Shown: piece after piece, positions 25,301-35,000 of the stretch | Layout of the letters: each line of letters opens with the position of its first letter | How positions within the stretch are numbered: the first letter of the stretch is position 1 | Assembly (NCBI RefSeq): GCF_028641065.1 | Contig: NC_073407.1 | Span: 19,840,001 to 19,904,000, forward strand | Length of the DNA: 64,000 bases | Source of the DNA: Leucoraja erinacea | Taxonomy: Eukaryota | Direction of reading: 5' to 3' | Notes under the pieces: generated by a model | Told to the model about the DNA's origin: nothing | What the model saw: the letters and a program-made list of their open reading frames with translations, nothing else | Databases searched by the model: none | Program-made: the position numbers and the translations under genes

Positions 25301-26610
25301 AAACGGTGCATGGTCAAATGTGTGAAGACGACATCTTTTGCTGCTTCTCCTTAAACTCATAAGTGTATCACATGCTTATGCGTTGGGGGTGGGGACTGGT
25401 ACATTCAAATCCCTAATAATATGTGGTGTTGTTCCCGCATTTTGTGCTTGTGCTAGCGTGGTACTAAAGGAGGAAGTCAGCTCAAAATTGGTCACTTCAC
25501 AACATTCTTAAGCAGGAAAAAACAAAGCATGGATCTTGAAGAGGAAGTATTAATGCTATTTGTTTGCAGTAATCTGTGATTTGAGCCTTTGTCAGTTTTT
25601 TCCTGATTTCTTTGTTGATACAGGGTTACAAAGCACAAAGAGCCCAGGATTATTTATCAGTATCTTATCAAGAACCAGCGGTTTCTGTGGTGGACAGCCT
25701 TGGTTCAACAGATGATCAAATACCAGCAAGTGGCAACCAAGCAGAGGAAGACCTAAAATCTGCAAACATCACTGGCAACGATCCTGAAATGGAAGTGGCA
25801 AGTTGTGAAGCTGAAACTGCTACACCTACAGATGATGATATCATTCCCAATGCAGCCAATGGTAACAATATAGACAGTTGTTCCCCTTTGCAGAAGCTCC
25901 AGCCTGAGAATCCAGATGGCAGTGATCAAGGTGATACAGTCATTGGCAATATGTCTGATGTGAAGTTTGATAGCAACTTAATAGACATCCCGTGTACAAA
26001 GAACGAAATGCTATGTGGCAAAGTGGAGGGGGAGCAGGAACCTGGCTCTGACAAATGTGAGTCGAGTTGTGAAGCTGAAACTGCTACACCTTCAGATGAC
26101 GGTACCATTCCAAATGCAGCCGATCGTAACAATATAGACAGTTGTTCCCCTTTGCAGAACCTCCAGGCTGAGAATCTGGATGGTGGTGATCAAGGTGATA
26201 CAGTCATTGGCAATATGCCGGATGTAAAGTTTGATTGCAACTTAACAGACAGCCCGTGTACAAAGAACGAAATGCCAAGTGGCAAAGTGGAGGGGAAGCA
26301 GGAACCCGGCTCTGACAAATGTGAGTCGAGCTCTATTGTGGGCAGTGAGGTGGCAGATGAAGAGCAGGATGGGAATGAGGAATGTGACCTGGGCTCGTCC
26401 AAGACCGAGGAGCCCAGTGAGACGGAGGATGGTGAAGACGAGCACCTGACTGATAGCTGCCTGGCAGAGAAGGAGGGCGAAAAGACGAATGTCAAAGGCG
26501 AAGAAAATGAGCTAGGTGAGGAGGATAGGCCTGTGGAACGCAAAATTCCCAGAACAAGATCTGGCAGGGCAGTGCGTGGTCGTCGTCCTGCTTTGAGGCG
26601 GAAAAAGTAA
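1193..26610 (+). CDS. CIZ1: CDKN1A-interacting zinc finger protein 1 (whole gene span, 5'-partial; 14 coding exons)
   Basis: Exons 1193-1371, 3143-3297, 5326-5434, 6166-6271, 9136-9209, 10018-10082, 12729-12908, 14365-14489, 14819-14906, 16554-16667, 19474-19638, 20952-21003, 23889-24010, 25624-26610. All GT-AG and phase-consistent (2521 nt). Motifs MLQRTLIMQQ, SLKVTIQQSSES, three C2H2 fingers, ITVDAVGCF and a matrin finger match recalled human CIZ1. Confidence 0.95.
1713..2200. mobile_element. Non-autonomous DNA transposon (MITE), PIF/Harbinger-like
   Basis: ~28-bp TIRs AGGG(G/C)CT(C/G)TCCCACTTGGGCGACCTAAT; TTA target duplication at 1710-1712 and 2201-2203; CpG-rich. Confidence 0.85.
2520..2812 (+). 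mobile_element. CR1 LINE 3' end
   Basis: gagatgaggagaaatttctttagtcagagggtg...gatcagccatgattgaatggcg...gaatggccta. Confidence 0.85.
3143..3297 (+). CDS. CIZ1: CIZ1 coding exon
   Basis: ttatag|GT...AAA|gtaagg; FFPPGSRASILGTPPVG resembles human FFPQATRQSLLGPPPVG. Confidence 0.88.
4797..5062 (-). mobile_element. HE1/V-SINE-like SINE
   Basis: ctttggagtgtgggaggaaaccg...ggtcacagggagactgtacaaact, shared with other copies. Confidence 0.85.
5326..5434 (+). CDS. CIZ1: CIZ1 coding exon
   Basis: tgcag|GATATT...ACAG|gtactg; phase matches both neighbours. Confidence 0.72.
6166..6271 (+). CDS. CIZ1: CIZ1 coding exon with NLS-like EPEVKRRK
   Basis: ctcag|GTAAT...GGGAG|gtactt; resembles human PAKRLR region. 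Confidence 0.78.
9136..9209 (+). CDS. CIZ1: CIZ1 coding exon
   Basis: Polypyrimidine tract tgcag|C...GAAG|gtgatt; phase 2 in and phase 1 out fit the neighbours. Confidence 0.72.
10018..10082 (+). CDS. CIZ1: CIZ1 coding exon
   Basis: tttacag|AA...GAG|gtaaga; ETGKNEESAAGENLEPNAANAE. Confidence 0.75.
10350..12000 (+). mobile_element. Decayed CR1 LINE, RT region and 3' end
   Basis: Frameshifted RT fragments (GKLLERILHDRIYSHL, SCLNNLVEFFE, FIKAFDK, VERVQRKFTRM) and a tattctatgtt tail. Confidence 0.93.
12729..12908 (+). CDS. CIZ1: CIZ1 coding exon, start of zinc finger 1
   Basis: SLKVTIQQSSESRAIST...FICYICNVNCYNQK; ag|GTG...AAG|gtaagg. Confidence 0.95.
13565..14052 (-). mobile_element. CR1 LINE 3' fragment
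   Basis: SYMERLSRLGLYSMERRRMRGDLTEVYKIMRG is a typical CR1 ORF2 C-terminus. Confidence 0.92.
14365..14489 (+). CDS. CIZ1: CIZ1 coding exon, end of zinc finger 1
   Basis: NFQKHMIGTRHHQRLLEIQQMSNAC resembles human EFQDHMSEPQHQQRLGEIQHMSQAC. Confidence 0.93.
14819..14906 (+). CDS. CIZ1: CIZ1 coding exon, zinc finger 2
   Basis: RWCSTCQGHFRGNIIEHRRTQTHK. Confidence 0.93.
15397..15610 (-). mobile_element. HE1/V-SINE-like SINE (partial)
   Basis: Same family core and tail. Confidence 0.8.
16554..16667 (+). CDS. CIZ1: CIZ1 coding exon, zinc finger 3
   Basis: LSKYSLRPFCTVCSRHFKTPRKFVEHMKSPEHKQKVQE. Confidence 0.95.
19474..19638 (+). CDS. CIZ1: CIZ1 coding exon, acidic domain
   Basis: MITVDAVGCFDEDDEE; cag|GTT...CAG|gtttgt. 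Confidence 0.93.
20952..21003 (+). CDS. CIZ1: CIZ1 coding exon
   Basis: TLMSEYRKEPYDTETVYG; donor ACG|gtgagt. Confidence 0.85.
23889..24010 (+). CDS. CIZ1: CIZ1 coding exon, matrin-type zinc finger (MH3)
   Basis: YVVPVTGFLCKLCHKFYHSESTARFTHCKSLMHFQNFQ. Confidence 0.96.
25624..26610 (+). CDS. CIZ1: CIZ1 terminal coding exon (328 aa; acidic, internally duplicated, basic tail)
   Basis: acag|GGTTAC in phase 0; GYKAQR resembles human KYKAAK; open to TAA at 26608-26610. Confidence 0.88.
   Translation, partial: GYKAQRAQDYLSVSYQEPAVSVVDSLGSTDDQIPASGNQAEEDLKSANITGNDPEMEVASCEAETATPTDDDIIPNAANGNNIDSCSPLQKLQPENPDGSDQGDTVIGNMSDVKFDSNLIDIPCTKNEMLCGKVEGEQEPGSDKCESSCEAETATPSDDGTIPNAADRNNIDSCSPLQNLQAENLDGGDQGDTVIGNMPDVKFDCNLTDSPCTKNEMPSGKVEGKQEPGSDKCESSSIVGSEVADEEQDGNEECDLGSSKTEEPSETEDGEDEHLTDSCLAEKEGEKTNVKGEENELGEEDRPVERKIPRTRSGRAVRGRRPALRRKK
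25801..26328 (+). repeat. In-frame tandem duplication, 2 x 264 bp (88 aa)
   Basis: Units 25801-26064 and 26065-26328; 23 mismatches by manual count (~91% identity), no indels. Confidence 0.97.
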
Positions 26611-29600
26611 TTTATTTTTGTGGGGGGTTAATTGTACACCACTAAATTTCACCATCTGCAGTGTATAAGATACTTCTGCCACCATTTTAAATTCAGTGGG
26701 TCGGTCACCCATCAATGGTTATATATTTCCCTTTCTCGGTGAGGGAAGAATCATGTGTAAGTCCATTGCTGGTTGTGACTGTAAAATCTCAATGCAGTAT
26801 CCATTCAGAAATATTTTCCATCCTGTTATGGAATTAGAGATGACCGCAGTGCTCCAAAGATTTTTACCATTGCATCTTAAGAATATTTGTCTTCAGTGTT
26901 TTTATTTTAAGGTGTTACAGACTTTATTTACTGTGGTTGGATTATACCATTTGATCAACCATTGCTCTTCATGGCTGATGAGTCAAGCTTGGGTAAACGG
27001 AATGAATGATCAGTTGTAGGCTTGAGACCCCTGCTTACTTAAAAAAAATGTTTCCTTTCAAATTGGCAAGCGACTGTGAATACCTTTGCTTTGTGATCAT
27101 CATATGCAACTTGTATCACTGAATGCAAAGTACAATATCAAACCAATTCCCAGAACCATGATAAATCTACTTTTAAACAGTATGTGCACCTCACTTGGTA
27201 CAAAGTAGACAACTTGCTGTGCGATGCAAGATGCTGTGCGTTGCATGTTGTGTGAACTGCATACTTACATACACAGACATACCTCACATAGGTAGTCATG
27301 CAATTTCTAACAATCTACCCTCTTGAAGCTTTGAGGGAAGGGTTATTGGCCAATGATCCAGAAAAGAGTATTCCAGTTACAGTCGTTAATATGGAGCAAC
27401 TTGATAGATGCTGTTTTTAGCCTCAGTTATCAAGTTCAGGTTCTTTGCACATGCAAATAGATTAAATTCAAGCATGTATGGGGATAATTTCTGATGTATT
27501 CCCAACAAACCTTCCAAATTGCTTTTCAAAGCACTGTTTCATGATGAGCAATTTCATCAAGTCGCGTTTAGTTCTCATGTTAGCATACAAGACTCTTCTT
27601 GATATTGATGCCAATATAGAATTGATAACATCATTCAACTGAAATAAAATGTTCACTTTTAAACAAAAACACAAGCAATGAGACTAGGTGTGTTGCAGCA
27701 TCTGTAACGCAAGGAACAGTACAAGGTTATTTATCCCCTCCAGCATGTCTGCTGATCAATGAAAATATGGATTATCTGTTAACTAATACCATGTTCTATA
27801 ACTCCTTCGAAGAAAAGAGTCTTACATTTTTGGATTCAAAGTTGGTAGTTGATCTAGCAGTAGGGCTTCAAATCTTTATCATCCCTTGAGTGTTGAAGTT
27901 TTTACATGATCACTGATAATAGTTTTTTGAAATATTCACTACTTTTCAAGCCTAACCAGTGGGGGAAAAAGTTTCCCTCTTCTGTTACTCCCCCTCCCAC
28001 ACCATGGCACCTCTGTGTAATTCATCAGTATCTTGAAACGGTAGTCAAATCCGTGCTTAACCTAGGTTTCCCTGGAAATTCTATCTTATTTTGTGTGATC
28101 TCCAATCATTCAATTTGCAACTTCCTCCATATGTTTCTCTTCAACCATCGTGGTCATAGAATTTCCATTGTGTTACTTTATTTTCTGAACCCTGCCAAGT
28201 TTTTTCTCCTACTTTAAAGCTATTTTCAACATTGTTATTCTAAGACAGACAAATTGAACAGGTGAAATGGAAAGTGTGTTTGACTGTCATTGATGCTGTT
28301 TTCAACCTACAATTCAAGTACTAGTCTGCTGCATCATCTTCATGATAGATCGCATAGCCATATATGAGCATATTTTTGACATTCATATTATATATTGGTT
28401 ATTTCAGAATTAATGATCATATTGCTTGCTCCACACGCATTGCGCTGTCCCCACTTACAAGGGAAAAAATCTGACTTTCTGTAAGGCCAAAATCCAGGAT
28501 GACTTTAATAATGTCTGAAAAAAATTTAATAAATCTGTGGGTTTATTTTTCTTCCAATTTGATGGACCAAGATTAACATTTAAACCCAGCTATTTATGAT
28601 GGGAATTTATTCAAATGAGCCAGAGTTTTCCCATTAAATCTTTGTTCCATTTCTTGGGTGATTGAGGTCCTTCGTTCTTGGAGATCCACTTGTGGAATAA
28701 TATAACGGAAGACAAATTAAAAAAAAGTGAAATGGTAAATATACCAAAACTGGGTTTGGTTCCTTCGTCATATCTCAATGAAATTCTGCTGAATTGAGTT
28801 TCCCCATTTACTGCTGTCTCATTTAATCTATTTGGGTGAAATACGGCAGTCCAGGAGGTGAAAATCCCCTGTCTCATATACACCCATGAAGATAATGATC
28901 TGTAAAATACAACATTCATGTGTTTTTTATTCTTTAATTCTCTAAAAATGTGACATTTGATATGTAGCAAATTAATTTTGGATGGACAGTCATGTATTTA
29001 GGGTAATGGCGCATTAAAAAGGTAACTTTTTTGGAGGTAGATTTCCCTTTTAAACGTTGAATTTTTGTTATAAACGTTGCTGTTTGTGAGTACTGTCATT
29101 TTTCTTAGTGAAAATGCTGTTTCTGGCGTAGTTTGAAAACCATGTTTAAGTTGGTGGTTGAATAGCTTGCTCTTAGGTTTCAGGAATAAAATTTCAGGAA
29201 CTAAGTTTCAGCCATACCTGTTTCAAATGATATGATAAATACATGGCAACTTTGATTTTTCTACTTAAGTCCTTGACTTGTCGATTTTTAAATTTGTATT
29301 GCATCTGCACCAAAATGCACGGTTTAGTGTACAAGTACACAGTCGCATCAGCAGCATCTCCCCCCCCCCAACCTCATGTGATTTTAATCACTCTCATCTG
29401 GTGTTTCGACCAATACCTAGCCAGAAGCTTTATGTATAATTGTCTATTAGAATTATATACATTGTTTTGATGTCTGAGCAAATGGTCACTTACACAAAAT
29501 ATAATCACCTCATCCAGATTCAAAGGGAGCTAATTTTTGCATAACTATGGCCAGGGTTTCTTTCATAATCTCCTCTGATTAAGAACCAGGAACTTTTGTT

Positions 29601-31819
29601 TTCTGAACAGAATGCTAGGAAAACACTAAAGTACAATCGCGCATTCAATATTGTGTCATTAGCCTTTTTTTTTCTCCTGGCGAAGGAAGTTGGTCCTCTT
29701 TAAAGTATTAAAAAATAAGTAAAGGAGCATAATGGTCCAAAATTAAATGGCTATAAATGGAATTTTTGGGATTAATGAGGGAAAAATAACCTTGTTTGCT
29801 TTTAGCCATGCATTTATGTAAAGGAAATCTGTCGGTCATAAAGTCATATCAATGACTAGAACAGCCATTCACACCAATATACATATTTCCTAAATGCCCA
29901 AATAGATGGATATTATTAATATAAAGAAATTCAGAACAAATTCGTTTATTGCAGATTCAAACTCAATTCATTTCAAAGCAGTTTTAATACAGAGGGAAAT
30001 TGTGCCTTTTCCAATTTGGGGAGACTTCAAACACTTAGTCCTTTTTAACCTATGCCATTTGACTAGTTTCTTTCAAATTTATTTCCCATCCTCCAAAAGG
30101 TAGATATTCTTTTAGTTTACAGTTACAATCAGGTGCTGACATGTTGCTCTAGCTCCACGCCCATCACCTAAATATTCTCCCCGTGTGCTCAGCATCGGTG
30201 AAGCAGTTGTTTAATAGAATTGAATGCAAAATTAAATTAATTAAAAAGAATATTATATTGTTAACATCATTTTCTCAAAAATTAAAAATCATCTTGCCTG
30301 GGTTCCAAGAGAAGAGAATATTTGTGAGAGGCTAAAATTGGCATCTGTGGCCAAAGTTATTTTTTAACAATCTCTTCTGATTGGTAATCTGCAAATCTCA
30401 CAATGGTATTTATTTGAATAGCCTGCTCAGGAAACACCAGTGAAATAACACTTAGAATGAATGTACATGTTATATAAAGTGTCTTGCTTAATTTAGAGAA
30501 GTGGTCATTCATCGTTCCCAGTCATTCTGCATGTTAGATATACAATACCTATATTTTCAGGTTACTGTAGGAATCATTTCCAAACTTTATACAAATGTTT
30601 TGCCATTACTTGGGTACCAACTAACATACCCAATTGCCTGGATTGTTCCCCGCCTAATTTTGAAATCTTGCACTTCAGTGAAACTGAAAAAACACTGAAT
30701 ACTCATTACTATTGATGCGGTTAGTACTAAATTATTGATTTTTGTGATAAATGTAACTTTCAAAGCAGTTAATAACATTTTATTTCCATTCAACTAATTC
30801 TGGAGCCAGTGTAAAAGATTTTAGCGTTTTAAATCAGCAGCTTATGCCATTTAAATAATTGAAGCAGAGCCTTGCAAGATGTTCTTTTAATTTTCCTTCA
30901 TCATCCGTGTCGTACAAGACGGCCAGTGGAATGGTATGGCTTTAACTGGATTACAGAACCATTTAATTTTCAAAAAAAGCACAGAGCTCTATACTAGCCA
31001 TTCCTAAGTAACAGATGCACTGAAAAAAACAATAAAAAACAAATACATTTGTTTCTGGCAGCAAACACGCAGACGAGGGGGAGAAGTGTGGAAGCTGGGA
31101 ATGTTTGAGTTAGAGAACTTTCAAATTATCTTTGAAAATAATCAAGAAATTAAAAGATAAAACAAATTATTAGCATAATAAGGGTGCCACTCTTGATTTA
31201 TCAGAAGGAAGATTAGACATTTTAGAGTGAATGCAGAATCTGGCGAATCGACGGAGTTGGCAGAAGGCTAACATCAGTAAATTAAAGGGGAAATTGGATT
31301 GTCTTGAAAAACATGAATTCAAAATTATGAAAATGATTGTGGGATTTGTTTCCTTTGAAGATTAACTGGGCAAGCTTACAAAAAACTGTAGTAGCCTTTC
31401 AGTCCTCTCCAAGTACACTGTTGCATAAAAAAACTAACATCAAGGTGTTCCATTTGAAATATAAATGTATTCTTATCCAGCAAAAGTTATGATTAGAAGA
31501 TGCAGTACTGGTTCCCTGAAGAGATGAATGGGGAATTACACAATTAAAACAGGCAAGAAAAAATGATGGAGAAATAAGGAACTGCAGGTGTTGGTTTCCA
31601 AAAAACAACTAAGCGCTGGAGTAACTCAGCAGGTCAGGCAGCATCACTGAAGGACACAGGTGATGTTTTGAGTCGGGACCCTTAAGAAAAAGGATGCTAC
31701 ATTGTCAAAAGATATCATTGGAGCAAGACTGATGAAGATCGTTAACGAGCATCACAGGAAAGTTGTGCAATAGTTACAATCAACAGAGTTATTACAACTT
31801 AATAGAAAAATGATCTGTG

Positions 31820-32010
31820 TCAAGCCTTCTGGTTCTTGGATTCTATTGAAAGGACTGTTGCATCAATTTGTTGCTGCCTAAATTCCATCCTTGCTTGGCG
31901 ATTTGACTCCAACAGTTCTTGAAATTTAGCATTTAGTACATCGTTCTTCTCCTCAAGGTTGTCCAAGCAAGAGTCAATCTGATCAAGCATCAAGTTGAGT
32001 GTATCATATT
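31820..32010 (-). CDS. BBLN: BBLN exon 2
   Basis: Minus-strand acceptor ttggcag|AA TAT; coiled-coil region; TGA at 31822-31820. Confidence 0.95.
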
Positions 32011-35000
32011 CTGCCAAAGATGGACAGAGGTGAGGAATACATCTCTAATTACAGACTGAATTAGACACAACAGAAATAACAAAAGTACAACATTGAGTCA
32101 CATTTGCAGACAATTAATTACTTTTGGCGGTCCATTATAATATAAGATTTGCAAATACAGGTAATAAGGGTTTTCACATGACTGGGGGACGATTGCAATG
32201 AAGTGTTTTCTTGGGATACTCGCTGGGGGACGACCGATTAAAACACCTGAAAGAATACACGCATTTTCAATAATATGAGAAATTACATCCACTGTAGAGG
32301 GAAGACATGCCTGTTTGGAACAGTTCTTATTGCAAACGTACTCTGGTACCATCCATCAACTCTCTGCTGCGTCGACTGCATTGGGGTTGCCTCCTGCACT
32401 CGTGCAGAACATGTTGATTTCATTAACTTTACAACTTGCCATCAAACTCACTTGGACTATTCTTTCTAGATCTCTCTCCATCACAGAGGAGAGAGTATCA
32501 CGTAACATCTATTACAAACTCATCAACTAGTTATCGGAAGTAAACCACCTCCCACCCTGCCTCTTGCAAAGACGCTATCCTCTACTCTCGATTTCTCTGT
32601 CTCCTCTGCATCTGCTCACAAGATGAAACTTTCCATTCAAGGACATCCAAGATCTTTATAAACATGGTCTCTTTGCAACCCTACCCCCTCTTGCATAGAT
32701 GGATCCCTCACCTGTATCCTGTTGTTCTGCACTCATGCCCACTCTGCCCAGATCGTGCAAGGAGGGTTTCACTGAAACTTACATTCTACCCCATCATGCC
32801 CACCGCATCCAACACCTCATTCTCTGCATTTCTGCCACCTGCTATGTGATCTCACCACTAGTCACATCCTCCTATCACCACCCCTTTCTGCCTTCCACAA
32901 AGACCGCTTCCTCCGAAACTCCTTGGTTCACTCATACCTTCCCACCCAAACTGCCCCCTCCCCTGGTACTTTCCCCTGCAACTGCAGTAGATGCAACACC
33001 TATCCTTGTACCTCCTTCCTCACATCCATCCAGGGACCCCAGCAGTCCTTCCAGGTGAAATGGATATTCATGTGCAACTCCTTTAATCTTATCTCCTGCA
33101 GTTGGTGTTCTCAATGTGGCCTTTACATCGGCGAGACCAAATGAAGACATGGTGACATCTTGCACGGCGCAGTGACACAATGGTAGAGTTGCTGCCTTAC
33201 AGCGCCAGGGACCCGAGTTCAATCCTGACCACGGGTGCCGTCTATATGGAGTTTGTATGTTCTGGTAACCGTGTGAGTTTTCCCCAGGTGCTTCAGTTTC
33301 CTCTCACATTCCAAAGACGTACAGATTTGTAGGAAGGAACAGCAGATGCTGGTGTAAACCGAAGATAGACAAAAAGCTGAAGTAACTCAGCGGGGCAGGC
33401 AGCATTTCTGGAGAGAAGGAATGAGTGACGTTTCGAGTCGAGACCCTTCAGACTGATTAGAGATAAGGGACAGGAGAGATATAGACAATGATAGATAAAA
33501 GAACAATGAATGAAAGATATGCAAAAAAAGTACCAATGATAAAGGAAACAAGCCATTGTTAGCTGTTGAATCTGAATCTGAATCTGAATCTGAATCTTGG
33601 GTGAAAACGAGAAGCTAGTGGGGGAGGGAGAGGGAATGCTGGGGCTACCTGAAGTTAGAGAAATCACAATTCATACTATCCACTGTAAGTTGCCCAAGCG
33701 GAATATGAGATGCTGGTCCTCCAATTTGCGTTTAGCCTCACTCTGACAATGGAGGAGTTCTAGGACAGAAAGGTCTGTGTGGGAATGGGAAAGGGAATTA
33801 AAGTGTTTAGCAACTGGGAGATCTGGTAGGTTCAAGCGGACTGAGCGAAGGTGTTAAGTGATACGCTCGCCTAGTCTACGCTTGGTCTTGCCGATGTCTA
33901 AGAGTCCACATCTTGATAAACGGATACAGTAGATGAGGTTGGAGGAGGTGCATGTGAACCTCTGCCTAACCTGAAAGGACTCTCGGGGTCCCTGGACAGA
34001 CTCGAGGGCGGAAGTATAGGGACAGGTGTTGCATCTTCTGCGGTTGCAGGGGAAGGTACCTGGGGAGGAGATGGCCTGGGTGGGAAGGGATGAGTTAACC
34101 AGGGAGTTGCAGAGGGAAAGGCGGAAAGGGGTGGAGATGGGAAGATGTGACTACCGTTGGGATCCCGTTGGAGGTGGCGAAAATTTCGGAGGATTATGTG
34201 TTGTGTGCAACAACTGATGGGGTGAAAGGTAAGGATTAGAATGAAGGGGAGCAAAGGCAGAACTGCAGGGTACCGAGGAGACGCGAGTGAGGGTCTCATC
34301 TATGATGGGAATGGGGAATCCCTGTTCCCTAAAGAATGAGGATATCTTGGATGTCCAGATTTGTAGGTTAATTGACTTTGGTGAGTTGTAAAATTGTCCC
34401 TAGTGTGTAGGTGAGGGTACGAGGTGATCGCTGGTCAGCATGGATTCAGTGGGCCAAAGGGCCTGTTACCGTGCTGTATCCCTAAAGTTTAAATCGCTGT
34501 AGACCTGACGGTATGAACATTACATTCTCCAATTTTAGATAATTAACTTACAAACATCCATCCAGCCCCCTCCTAAAATCAGTATGATGAAGGGCCTCTA
34601 CCCGAAACATCATCTATCGATATTCTCCAAAGATGCTGCCTGACCTGAGTTACTCCAGCATATTGTGTCCTTTTGCCGCCTCCAACGGGATCCCACTACT
34701 GGCAACATCCTCCCATCTGCACCCCCTTTCTGCTTTCCGCAGAGCCCATTCCCTCCGCAACTCCTTGGTCAACTCGTCCCTTCCCACCCAAACCACCACC
34801 CTTCCCTTGGTACTTTCCCCTGGAGCCGCAGGAGATGCAACACCTGGCCCTTTACCTCCCCCCCTCGACTACATCCAAGGACACCAAGTCTTTTCAGGTG
34901 AGGCAGAGGTTCACTTGCACCTTCTCCAATCTACTGTATCTGCTGTTCCTGGTGTCAACTTCTCTACATCGGTGAGACCAAGCGCAGGCTCGGCGATCGT

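Larger units (their letters stand above)
33164..34490 (+). mobile_element. tRNA-derived HE1/V-SINE-like SINE, split into 33164-33333 and 34356-34490
   Basis: tRNA head with B box gagttcaatcc, core ggagtttgtatgttct, tail ggccaaagggcctgtt. Confidence 0.8.

Noticed and set aside
25926-26715. Antisense ORFs (68-117 aa) overlapping the CIZ1 last exon
   Set aside because: Shadow ORFs of a purine-rich acidic coding strand; no independent support.
33164-33235. tRNA gene
   Set aside because: tRNA-like head continues directly into the SINE body; degenerate cloverleaf.
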